Assembly: GCA_046563655.1 (NCBI GenBank)
Contig: CM102286.1
Span: 620,001-684,000 of the forward strand
Origin: Yuukianura sp. NJ FZ-2021
Lineage: Eukaryota
Reading direction: 5' to 3'
Length of the DNA stretch: 64,000 nucleotides
The number at the start of each line of letters is the position of its first letter. Positions within the stretch are counted from its first letter, which is position 1. This document shows, one piece after another, positions 14,442 to 26,700 of this stretch. The translations under genes were made by a program, and so were the position numbers. The notes under the pieces are model-generated. The model was not told the DNA's origin. It worked only from the letters and a program-made list of their open reading frames with translations, and ran no database searches.

Positions 14442-15994
14442 ATGGAACAGTTTGCCATTGTCGATTTTTGTGACGAAGATACAATCGATTACGTTCCAGT
14501 GTCATGGATAATCGGTAAAAAGTGTGCATGGCCGGTTGAAACAGGAAAGAAACTTACTCCAGCGCAGTTAAGATTGAAGGATGACGTGAAATCCAAACCG
14601 GGAAAGGACTGGTTCTACCATAAGGTGAAGATTATACGATTTTGTGGTAAGTATATTGACATTCGAAAAACGAGAACTAAATCCAATGTTACAAAATATT
14701 GTCATTGGTCATTTTCTCATTTGCTATATTTGATTAACTAAAGTGAACGTTTTTGATCTTAGATTCGCTCCAGAAAGCCAGAGACAAGGCGAAACGCAGA
14801 GAAAAGAATCCGCTATCAGCGCTCGAAAGCGAAACATCTACTCCGGTTTGCCGAAAGCCGAGGCCAAAAACAAGGAGAAAGAAAGTTGTTGTTTCCCCGG
14901 TAGGTTCTACAGAAGATGAATCCAGCAGCTTGTCTTCAGAAGTAGAAAGATCAAACCTGCCGGCATTCATTTTGGTAAACGAAGACGTTACTTCAGTAGC
15001 TGAACCTCTTGCCTTTGACGCTCCTGGACAAGACAACATCTCGCAGTCTGACGTTAACGCTGAAGCTATTGTAAATCCGTTACGTAAGTATCGAAACATA
15101 GTAGTTAAGCAGTTAACTTATAAAAGCTATAACTTTGGCAATCTTCAATTAATTGATGAGAAAATTATTTTTTGTATTTCCTAGAAATTCATACTGCACA
15201 TACGTATCAGGCTACTGATGGTGAAGGATTTATCCTTTCAGCCATCGTACAAATTCAAAATACTTTACAATCACTGGCAGCTGTTCAGGAGGATCTTCTA
15301 AATCGAATTGTTGGGATTGAGCAGGATGTAAAGCTGATTCTATCGTCCTCCGTTCAAAATTTTCACAAATTGAGAACACAGATCCCACAACATCCAATTA
15401 CAAACCAAGAGGAATTCTCAATTCTAGAGAGCTGGATTGCCCAGGAGGAAAATTCTGACATTCTTGTAAGTAAAAGTAAATTTGACGTTATTCTTTGTGC
15501 ATGTTTCTTTCATTTGTGAATTTCGTTGTCTTTTAGGTGCGATACCTTTCCGTTGTGGCACAGGGAAGCTCAGTAGTGCAGTCAGTTTATTTGATCCTTT
15601 CGAAACTATTCTCGAACCGATTTGCAGAAACCGTTAACTGGACTGGGGAAAATGGAAAAATTGAATTCCAGAAAACTGCATTTGTCGCTGTCATAAATGG
15701 TAAAGTAACAAGGAATTTAGTTATATTCGTAACTAAAAATTAAAATAACTCAAACTCAATAATATTTTACCCTAATCTTACGCAGATGCTGTGCAACTCC
15801 ACGTTTCAACGCAAAAACAAACACAAGAAGGGCCAGTGATTCTACCAAGTGAAAAGCAAGTAAAATCGGCTGTTATTCAGTGGTTTCGAAGTGCTAAAGG
15901 GAGACTCGACCCGAGTGAGAAGAAAAGGGAGTCCAAGAAGCCATGTTCCTACCAAGCGACAGGACAAAGCGCAGAAGGATCAACGACACAGTGA
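14442..15994 (+). CDS. Transposon accessory protein ORF1, DUF4806-like (exons 14442-14646, 14763-15083, 15185-15465, 15537-15699, 15786-15994; 392 aa)
   Basis: Five GT-AG exons sum to 1179 nt in frame. The N-terminal FAIVDF...YVPVSWI...CAWP and C-terminal NWTG..GK..F and QWFR motifs are typical of ORF1 in animal CACTA-like elements. The DUF assignment is from memory. Confidence 0.75.
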
Positions 15995-17895
15995 ACAGGG
16001 TCCTTCAAAATGCACGAGCAGTTTCAAGTGATGTCATTGTTCCTTCACCACATTCTCAAAATATTCCAAATCAAATTCTTGATGGTGAGGAAATAGAAAC
16101 TAGTAGTAGCCAGTTAGATATTGCTAGCAGTGATAGTGACACATTAAGTATTACTAGTAACGAGAGTACAGAGTCAGAATCCGAGTTGTGTTTAAAGACT
16201 GAACTAGCAACCTGGGCTACAAATCACAATATTACCCATGCTGCATTGTCAGAGTTACTTCGAAAGCTTCAACCATTTGTTCTGGAACAGTTACCTGTTG
16301 ACGCAAGGACACTGCTAAGGACCCCCTCCAGTACAACACATACACTTAAGAGATTAGGAGAAGGGGAATTTTATTACTTCGGTATTGAGCGGTACATTGT
16401 AGAATTCGGCAGACAAGGGTTAGTTGAGTTTCAGTATCCGTTTTTTCAGAACAGGAACAATCTTCTTACTCTTAGGATTGGCATAGATGGCTTACCCCTT
16501 AGCAAAAGTAGTAACAACCAACTGTGGCCAATTATGGGAATTTTGGATCAATCAGTTTCGCAGAATGTTTTCCTTATTGCATTTTATCACGGGCAAACGA
16601 AACCCCAGGACTTAACAGCATACTTGACTGATTTTGTTAAAGAAATGAATGAACTAGAGGAACGAGGTTTAGTAATACAGGACCGACATTACTCAGTTCG
16701 AATTAGTTTAGTACTAGCTGACGCTCCGGCTCGATCCTTTATTAAACAGTGCACTCTGTTCAATTCATACTCTGGTTGTGAACGATGTACACAGCGCGGG
16801 GTTTGGTTAAAGCGTATGACGTTTCCTGAATCCACTGCTGAATCCAGATCAGACATTTCATTTGCTAGTAGGTTAGACCGGAGACATCACTTGGGTAGTT
16901 CACCATTAGAAAAGCTTCAGGTTGGTTTAGTTAGCCAGGTTCCGCTAGATATTATGCATTGCTTGTTTCTAGGGGTAACGAAAAAGATTTTGTTTAGTTG
17001 GGTAAAAGGCAGACTATCGTTTAGGTTGTCTCCACGTGGCATTAAAGGTGTCAACGGAAACGTTTTAGCAATTGTCAGGTATACTCCAAAAAACTTCGGC
17101 AGGAAACCAAGGTCATTACACAACATTCATCATTTTAAAGCCACCGAATTCAGAACTTTCTTACTTTATACCGGTTTAGTTCTTATGAAAAATGAATTGC
17201 CAAAGTTAATTTACAATCACTTTCTGCTTCTACAATGTGCGTCGTTCATTCTTTTAAGTGCTAATGCTGCTAGTCCGGAATGGAATGATTTTGCAAAAAA
17301 GCTACTGTTGAAATTTGTGGAGGAGATTCCAGCGTTATATTGTAACGAATTTTTAATTTACAACGTGCACTGTCTTTTGCATCTACATGAAGATGCATTA
17401 AAGTACGGAAATTTAAACAATGCTACATGTTTTCCATTCGAAAACTTTATGCAGTGTTTAAAACGCTGCTGTATGCGAAACAAAAAGCATATTGGTAAGC
17501 AAATTATAAATAGAGTTGCAGAGCTTGACAATTTAAGTTCCTCGTTAACGCAACGTACAAAAGTAAGGTGCTCAGCAAAACACGTTTACTGGAATAATTT
17601 TTTGGTTGGAACCAATTCCGGTGACAATTGTTTTAGACTGAAGAGTGGCGAAATTGTTCTAGTAAGTGAAATAGAAAAGGCTGGTACGAAAACCAGCTTT
17701 AACTGTAAGAAATTTAGAAATCCGATTAATTTAAAAAATTATCCTTGTAAAAGCGAGAAATTAGGGATTTTTCGGCTACAAAATATTTTTTGTACACAGA
17801 CTGTTAGATGTACTCTTGAGGATTTTAGCCATAAGTATTATTTAATGCCTACAAATGTATCCTGTAATTCATTCGTGTGCATACCATTGTTGTAG
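15943..17895 (+). CDS. CACTA/CMC-type transposase (650 aa, single exon)
   Basis: Motifs IDGLPLSKSS..QLWPI, DAPARSFIK, GCERC, PLDIMHCLFLGV, KATEFRTFLLY, YNVHCLLHL and FPFENF. Confidence 0.92.
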   Translation: MFLPSDRTKRRRINDTVNRVLQNARAVSSDVIVPSPHSQNIPNQILDGEEIETSSSQLDIASSDSDTLSITSNESTESESELCLKTELATWATNHNITHAALSELLRKLQPFVLEQLPVDARTLLRTPSSTTHTLKRLGEGEFYYFGIERYIVEFGRQGLVEFQYPFFQNRNNLLTLRIGIDGLPLSKSSNNQLWPIMGILDQSVSQNVFLIAFYHGQTKPQDLTAYLTDFVKEMNELEERGLVIQDRHYSVRISLVLADAPARSFIKQCTLFNSYSGCERCTQRGVWLKRMTFPESTAESRSDISFASRLDRRHHLGSSPLEKLQVGLVSQVPLDIMHCLFLGVTKKILFSWVKGRLSFRLSPRGIKGVNGNVLAIVRYTPKNFGRKPRSLHNIHHFKATEFRTFLLYTGLVLMKNELPKLIYNHFLLLQCASFILLSANAASPEWNDFAKKLLLKFVEEIPALYCNEFLIYNVHCLLHLHEDALKYGNLNNATCFPFENFMQCLKRCCMRNKKHIGKQIINRVAELDNLSSSLTQRTKVRCSAKHVYWNNFLVGTNSGDNCFRLKSGEIVLVSEIEKAGTKTSFNCKKFRNPINLKNYPCKSEKLGIFRLQNIFCTQTVRCTLEDFSHKYYLMPTNVSCNSFVCIPLL

Positions 17896-19040
17896 TGTAT
17901 TTTTATGTTTATCAAATAAAACAAACGATTAATTGAATTATAAAACTAACTTGTGATTAATTTTGATTGTACCAAATTGGCTGTAGCATTTATTAATAAT
18001 ATTAAATGAGTAGTTATTGCGCATTGGGCAAGCATCAATTTCGTGTCATCATAATGATGCCATAAGTATGCATGAGTAAGTCATCACTATGTTTTAAATT
18101 CGGATGCGTCAATAAAGCGCATTACAAATGCGTCATTTTTACGCCAAATCCTTGGACACGCAGCTACATTTTCCTGACGCATTGCAGAATTTCTCCTCAA
18201 TGCACAAATTGTTTCCGGGGTTTAGTCAGTCGTAAGGACAAAAAAACAGTTGGTTGCATAGCAAAAGATTTATATTTTCAAACTTTAATATCCCAGTGTA
18301 TTTCAATAAAACTGAAAGTTCAAAATTCCTTGATTCGACAAATGCAACCTTTGCGTAACCAATTTTAGGCGATGAGGTAAAAACGATTTTATATTTTGAC
18401 GGTAACAAATTAAATAGCGGTAACATTAGAAAAGGAATGTAATTTTTCAAAAAACTTTGAGATAAAAGAAAAATTGAAAATCTATTCACGAAAAACCCAG
18501 TATTAATCGTGTCACTGTGTTTGTCGTGGGTGGTTGTGTGTTGGAATTTGGTTTCGTGCCAAAGCGTGACCTTTGGTTTGCCCAAAAGTCAGTCCAGATT
18601 AATGTTGAATTTGAAACAAATTGGCGCCATTTGCCAAAATGTCACTCTGTCTCTGTCATTAAATTGCGCTGGAAGCTACGCAGAATTGCAAATGGCCCAC
18701 GCTATTTAGATTTCAAATGACCTGAATAAAGTTCAACTTAATCTAAAGCAAAGCTTTTAGCAAAAAAAGCCTAATGTTAATTACACTTAAACCCAACCGG
18801 CTTCTTCCCCGTCGAAATTCAAGTTTGAAAAATAAAATTTTGAAATAAAAAAATCCTCTTGGTTTTATCTGAAATTGTTTGAACTGTATACCAAATGTGA
18901 TTGTTAAAATACAAGCTCTGCGAAACGTGTGAAATCAGTGCAACGGTTGATGGATTTCCTCGTTAATTGATCACCAAGGCAACAACAGAATCCGGATTTG
19001 CATGGCTGCACAAGCGAACATGCATGCTGGAAAAGCTAGG

Positions 19041-19565
19041 CAGACTCACATAATTAGTGTACGGTAATTAACTTTCTCTTTCATCATTCTCAAAATCTCC
19101 ATGTTAATGTGCTCTCTGCATCACTACGACTTTCACTTTACAAACTAAAACTAACGTAACAGCAACATAACCTTTTCAAAGGTTTAACAATTTCGACAAG
19201 CATACTCATTCCAGTATATCTTTGCGTCATTTTCCAATTACTTTGATCCCATGGAAACAACTTTTTGGAGTAAGATGACATTTCGGATGGACTTTCTCCG
19301 CTTTCACCGCTTTGACGAGAGACTGTGAGTCGTTTTGAGCTGGAATTAAATGATAATGGGACACTCTTTCCATCATCTCCTCTCCCTCGTGCACAAGAGA
19401 AAGTAAAAATAAACTCCAAAAGTCCAATTCTCTTTGATATTTTTCTGTTTTACTTTCTCTTTTCTCTTCTGATGTGGATCTCCTCCAGGAGGAATCTTTT
19501 TTAGTTTGCCTTGGAAGATGTGTTTAGTCACTCGTAAGGACAAAGGAAGGAGACAGTTGGTTGAG
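19041..19565. repeat. Duplicated non-coding segment, copy B (contains the empty transposon site)
   Basis: GGAAGATGTGTTTAGTCACTCGTAAGGAC matches the joined flanks of the 13944-18220 element. Confidence 0.85.
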
Positions 19566-20719
19566 TAGGGAAGATTTATTTCAACCTTTAATACTGCACA
19601 ATTTCTAAACAGCACCCCTCAACCCCCCCCCCCCACTCTGAACCCCCCCCCCCCTTACTTTTACTGTGCGGGTGATATTGGAAAAGTGAAAGATGAAAAG
19701 ATGGGGTGACGCCCTCGGGAGCACTGGAAATGCAACATGTGCGTAAATATTAGCATCAACGATTTACTGTCAAGATACTGCTGGAGTAAACACTTACAAG
19801 GTCACAATGTAAAGAAACGAAAAGAAAAAGTTTCAAAAAATTCAAATTTTCAAAAAATGTTGTAAGAAAGATAGAATTTTTACTTGGCCCTTGGCTCTTT
19901 TGCTTCAGTTTTTCTTATAGAAGAGTTAGAAGAAATGTTTAAAATTTGAGGTAAAAAAGGCAAGAAGTTTGAGACAAAAAGCGTCTTTTGTTTCGACATT
20001 TTTTGACATATTGTCACATTTTCAAAAAAACAACAGCGGGAATATTTGAAGTGAAGATGAAAAGTTGAACAAGCCAGCAGGAGAATAAAGTTTGAAAGTG
20101 AAACGGCTCATGTCCGTTTTCTGAGAGAAATGAACCTTACTAAAAAGAGCGGGTTTTCATGAAAACCCGGGTTTTTCGTCAGTCTCATCTCAGAACTTTT
20201 CCGGAGTGGATTTCTTTCCCAGAGCTCCAACTTCAATTTCATAAGTCAATAATCATACAGAGACATTTGAGAGTCTCAACCCCCGCGACTTTCAAAATTA
20301 CACTTTAATAAAATGTGCGGGAGAAAAGTAATAATCCGAATAGTTTCAACTTTTCAAAAACCACGTTCGAAATAATTTGAAAAAAAGTTTCCGCTTCTTC
20401 ATCTCCTTAGTTACTCCCTCCAAACCCTATCATTATCAGTTTCAAAATTTTAAAAACTTTGGCCCAAAACTTTCCTGGCGAAGCAATTATCCTTTGGTGG
20501 GAACCTTAAAATCAACGCACGCTTCACTTCCTTTCCTTTCTCATTTAAGAAAGCGGGAAAGTTGGAAGTGAAGAAAAATAGAGTTGTGCTTCCATTTCTA
20601 ACGTCTCTCAATTACTTTACGATTCTCTGGGAAAAGTTGTGTAATAAAATGAATGAACTCAGAAAAGGAAAGTTAAAAGGAAATTCAAGGAAAGTCAGAG
20701 AGTGAAAGTGACTAAAACT

Positions 20720-23700
20720 ATGGCAGAAAGTACGTGTTCACGGAACTTCTCTCTTTTTAAACTGTTCTGCCTCCTACTTTGGATGCAACTCTGGATCACC
20801 TTCCAGGAATTCACAGGAGTTGGCGCCAATTTCAATTTCTATTTGGATAGGCGGGAATTTCAAAAATTACATGGTAAACAACAAACATTTGATTTTTATT
20901 CTTCAATATTTTACACTTTTTGAATTTTCGAATTTAAAAGTTAGTCATATATTCCGATCTCATGTCAAATTTTATGAAAAGTTTCCGTTGCCAACACCAA
21001 GAAAAGCCTACCCCGACCTGGGCTCGAATTATTTTTTTTTGTTTTACGAAAAGTTTTCTGTTTTCAGAAATACAAAATTTTTGAATCAGTACTCTCAATC
21101 CCGCTTAAAGTCCCAGTCACCGCTATAGTTCTTTTCGAATCCCCTGTTCGTCAAGTACACTGCCTTGGCTTCTTCCAAAGTGTCCAACCTTTGACCTTTA
21201 GGCAAAATGCTTCTGCGGTCAAAGTTGACCAAATCACCTGAAAACATGTCTTTTCCAGCCTCAGACCATCGTCCAGAACTGGACGATCTCACAATTACAG
21301 TCGAATCCACCGCACTTCCTGGATTCGATGCGTCAATTTTAAGTTTGATCCACCCGCCAACATTTGTGTATGCGCTATTAGGGTTGTAGCTTTCCATGGC
21401 AGATTTGACAGTTGACACACCGCCGTCAACGTATCTCTCCGTTATTACCCAGGCGTCAATGGCGTTACCGTAAAATCCCTTGGCGTAGTACCCTGTTCCA
21501 TACTTTTCAAAAAATTGATCAAAGGCAGCTTGGTTCGAACCCAGGGACTCCGGTAAAGCGTTGAAAGCTCTCTCGAAGTCGCTATCGAGCAACGGCGATG
21601 AAGTTTTTGAGAGGTCGGACCTACTGGAATGTCTTGCTTCAAATTCGTAGCTGCAGATAAAAAAAGACGTTTTCAAAATATCGAACACCGCAAAAAAAAA
21701 TTAGAAAAACTTACATTCTTTTTGTAACGCGGGTAAGACATTTCTTGTTAGGCGGAATCGTGAATTCGGTTGTTCCGTCGGTTGAAGTAAACGAACCAAG
21801 CGGAGATTTTTCCCAGTCGCGAATATCGTTAAAAACGGCGGTTTTCAAAAGTTCAAAAGTTGTGTAGCATCTTGAATTGGATGAGTAGGTTCCGGTTGGT
21901 AAGGTCATGAGGCTCAGCTGATCGGGGATTTGGATTTTGACGTTGTCCTGGAACGGAAGTGTGTAGTTTTTTCTTTGGTTGCATGTAAATTGAAACAGTG
22001 GGTACAAGCTACGTTGGTTCGGTTTTGTATTCGGCAGATCCTTGCTGTAGTCAACCAAGTTTGCTCCATATGCTTGTCTCAACAGAGCTGGGTGCAGGTT
22101 GTCGCAATTTGTAGAAACCCTGTACAAAAAAAAGAGAATTTAAAAAAAATAGTTTTGAAAACATGGTCCTAAATTTTTCATAATTACCTGACTGGGACTA
22201 GTGGCGACAAAGACAGACAACTACCAACGAAATGGCAGAAAAGAAAAATTGACCACCGCATTTCGGAAAAGTTTCAGATGAAATTTTTGTAATCCACCAA
22301 AATATTCCCACTAATATTTCAAATTTTGGTTCGAAATTTAGCTGGAATCGAAGGAATCGAACGAAAGATTGACTTTATAAGGCATAAGTTAGCCTAATTT
22401 TTTTAATTGAGCAATTAATACTGCTAATTCATAGTAACCAACATGAGTCAAGATTAATTTGTAGCGAAGGATGCCAAAGAATCAAAATATTAACTTCAGA
22501 ACGCTAACTGTTTTAAGTAGTTTAAATTTCTGTGGTTATCACATAAAATTTTAGGCGTCCACGACTTCGAAGAAAAAAGTTGGGAAATTTTGACAGAGTT
22601 GAAAATTTTTATCTAACAATAAGTGATTTATTAGTTTTATGTGAAATTTGACCACTTGTGGTAAAGTTTTGTTAGCTGTAAATATGGCCATTTTTGTGGA
22701 AAATTTTTGGCACTTTTGGAAGGTGACAGTTTTGACACCTCGTGACACTTTTGTCCAAGACCTCATTAACACCTTGTGTCATGTACGTTGTCACTTAACT
22801 AAAGAATGTTGTAGATGTTTGTCACTTTGTAAGTTTCTAGTTTGACTGAACTTTATAACTTTATGTTCCTTTTAGGCTTTTTTCTTCAAACTGATTTGTG
22901 TAGCTTGAAAAAGGAGCTCCAAAATTTTAAATCCTTTGAAGAAATATGCCAAGTTTTTGGCTAACAAGGGCCTTTTTTTTACCAGTGAAGTGAAAGCAGA
23001 AACAGATTTTGTTCATGCATAAAAGAAAATGATTCATTCTTCAAAAAACTTGAAAAAAGCCATTTTTGTCATCGAAGTCGAAGGAACGGAAGGCATTAAG
23101 ACTTAAAGTGTGTTTTTCTTGCCCATTTCAAACCCAAAAAAGTCCGTAGGAACTTAGCACTTGAAAAAGTCTCCAAAAAGAGAAAATTTTCAAGTCAAAA
23201 CTTTCTCTTTTGAGGAGTCTTTTTCCCATGAGTGTAAATCTAAAGAAAACGGTTCTTGATTTTCAAGTATCCCAATGCGTCCATTTCTTTAGACCAGCAT
23301 AAAGAAAACGAAAAAAAGGAAGGAAAAAATTCAAAAAAGTTAAGTCTTCCCGCTTTTCTTCAAAAAGCTTCTGCTTTTACCTCCAAAGTAAAGAAAAAAA
23401 AAGTTGTCGTCCTTTTAGAATGAATCAAAATAAGGTTATCGGCTCCATAAAATCTTCTCCGAAACTTTCCCGCATCTTTTCAAAACTCGGCTTTTGAAGT
23501 TTTTTTCGAAAAATGAAAAAACCGATAACCGAGACGAAGGCTATGAAGCTCCACTTTCGGACTGTGTGTTGTGTGGGTCCATAAAAAACAATGGTTGTAC
23601 GATACAAAAGAGCGGAATTGTACGAGGCAAAGAGCTGAATTGTTTGTCGTATAAATCATCATAAACAGAAGTATATTTTATGATAGAAGCAATTTCTATG

Positions 23701-26700
23701 TGTACAGGGACACAACATACAAAATCCGAGTTTCCCGCTAAGAGTTTCTTGTGTGCGTATCTTGTAGCCGCCGGCGGGTAACGGAAGTATAATGACCGGG
23801 AAAAAGAAAATTGTGGTCATAAAATTTAAACGTGATTCAATACAGCCATTTTGTTGCAGTACAAGTACCATAACATTTATTTTTCAAATTATGTTTCAAA
23901 AAACCCGCCAAAATTTTTCGGTTTTAAAAAATCTCTTCTTCTTTTTTTAAATTTCACCGCTGAGAGAAATTCTGGTGGAATGACTAATTTTGAAAAACGG
24001 AATCAAGGAAAATTTTTGTTTAAGTTAACTTGGGAATTGTCCGGAAATTACTTTTTACAGAAAATTGAAATTTTGAAACTTAAATTTGTAACATAACAAA
24101 TGTTTATGCTTTCACTTTTTTAGTCTCAAGGGACGGGGAGAGTGAAAGTTATGTTCATATTTTCCTAAAGGCTAAGTAGTTTGGACAACCCTGAAAGCGC
24201 GGGGAAAAACAAAGCAAAACTAAGAGGATCTCAGCATGACTTTGTTTACAACTTCCGGAATTTTTGGTGAAAGTTAAATGAGCTTCCCGGCAGAGTTATT
24301 TTTTGAAATGAGATGTAATTCTAGGAGATTGGAAGAAGCGGGTTGCGAAGCATAGCGGTTGCCATGGAAACGCCTAGAAACCAGAACTCCTGCTGATGTC
24401 ATTTGCTTTCTCCAACCAACTTTCACCCTTTCCCTGCCTGTCACCACAAATGTCAAATACCTTCTCTATTTTCTCTAATGTACTTTGGCACTTTTATTGT
24501 ATTTTTTAAAGTTCTTGAAATTTTTACATTATGTTTTGTGAAGCATATCCTTAGGCTGAGGCGAAGAATGCAGAAGGCAGGATAGTTATTGTGGAACAAC
24601 TTGAAGTTGTGTTTCTGTGTTATCAGAATTTTGTTTACCACGGAAATGTAACACAGGTTGTAACTTTTTGGGTTTCTGAGAAAATTTTGAAGGAAGAAGA
24701 AAGTTGAGTTGGTTTGTGTTAATTTCAGAAGTTTTCACAGTTTCCGTCCCTCTAGCTCTTTTCAGTTACTTTCGGAGATCCTAAAGCAACAGAAAATGTT
24801 TTGTTTTCGTGCAAGTTGCAGCAATTGCCTCTAGTTTTTTGAAAATTTAGTTCAAAATCCATGTAGAAAAAATTCCACTTCACGTTTGAGAACTTTGAAA
24901 TTTTTAGCTCAATTGCTATATGAAAAAAATGAGCGAAGAAATGAAAGAATTAAATTTTTGCTAGAAATGAAAGCATATACTTTTCTTTTGTTTTTGGAAA
25001 AAAATGGAGAAAGTATTTTAATTTGTTGAAGCGAGAATTTCGTAATTCGGTGTTCGTAACTTTCACTTTTGATTTCCTTGGTTCATTTTAAGCAAATAAT
25101 GGACTCAATTTTCTTTCACAGTTCGAGAGATGATGTTACGTGAAGCGTAAAACTAAATTTTTTTTTCCAGGCAGGTTCATGTTCACGTAGATCCATCATC
25201 ACAACTTCTTGATTCTCAAACGGAAATAAAAGTATCGATCAATTTCTCATGTTCAGCTTCAGCTCGAAGGTTATCGTCATATTTTATGCTTTGTACTTTC
25301 TCCACTCGTGGAACTGACGGTGCCCATTTCTGTACTTCAATCTTCCAAAAAACGAAAGTTTTTTTTTGAAAATTTCTTGAAAAGAACGGAAACCTGTCCG
25401 TTCACAATTTATCCACTCCTGAATCCTGATCGCTTTTCCCTAGAGAATTCTTGGACTAAGAAAGTGAAGCCATAATAGTAAATTCCTCTTTTTTCCAAAA
25501 ATCTCCTTTCAAAATTTTTTCTTTTTCTGAAAAGAATGAAAACTGACGGAGCGGATCATACCGATATTTCATGTAACATACGATTATCATTTGTGCCCTT
25601 TGACCCCTTGTGGTGAGTTATACACCCAACCGACTCCCGCGCTTTTTTGAAAGTTCAAATCTCTTCAAGTTGGTCAAAAGACCATGGTCCAGCAACCTCA
25701 CTTTTCTCACTTTATGGAACAAGAATCACCATTCATCATTCTTTCTTTCGCCATTTTTTGCTAAAAAGGATTTCCAAATATCCAAACTTCAAAATTTCTG
25801 CGGATTTTCAAATCCTTTTTCCCCCAAAATTCTCCATCACCATAAACATAACCAAAAATCACAACTTTTTGTAGGATTTTCAAAGAATTTTAAATTTAAA
25901 TGGTCTGAATAAAGCGGGATTCAGAAACTTTTTTGATTCAGAATTTTGAATTTTAATACCAAAGCTATTTTTACACCGCAAAATCAGTAAAACGGAGTCG
26001 TGAAAAAGTGAAAATTGGCAGAAAAAATAGGTCTTGAGTAAAGACAAAAAAGTGAAAGTGAAATTGGTATTCTGTGCACAGTGGAGAAAGTGAAGACAAG
26101 AAAGAACAAAAGGCTCTTTAACGTTCATGAGTTTTTTTTTGTCACTGGTTAGACAGTACACGTCTCTAACTTTTTAGAAAAAGTAAAACAGGAAACTGGC
26201 TCAATTCAATGTCAAATGAAATAGAAAAACGTTTTAGTTCCTTTTGTCTTTGAACTGCAAACTGTGACGAAACTAAAGGAAAAATTGAATTTCGTGTCCA
26301 CTTTTGTCCAAATTCGCACTTTCACCAACTTTTACTCTCACTTAAAAGTTTGTTCCAAGTTATCTCTTACTGCCCCTTCGGTCCATCCTAGCCAATTATC
26401 ACCCTAACCTAACTTTATAAGTTAACGAAACACCCTCAGCTACTTAACTTTCGCAACTTCTAAACTGCCCCCAAGAGATCCATTAAGCACAATACTCATC
26501 ATCTCACAAAAAAGTTTGAAGGTGCAGTACCGTAATTCTCCAATTTTTCATCAAAATGCACAAAAACTACACAAAATTGGCTAACTATTATGAATAAAAT
26601 TGGCTAACTATTATGAATATGTCAGAGTTACAGTTTCGACTGCGGGGATTTATGGGAAAATTTACGGTATTTTGAAACATTTTAAACATATTGCCTCATA

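Larger units (their letters stand above)
13944..18220 (+). mobile_element. CACTA/EnSpm-like (CMC superfamily) DNA transposon, 4277 bp, apparently intact
   Basis: Perfect 15-bp TIR CCCCGGAAACAATTT. The 2-bp TT target duplication follows from the empty paralogous site at about 19511-19540. Two internal genes. Confidence 0.9.
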
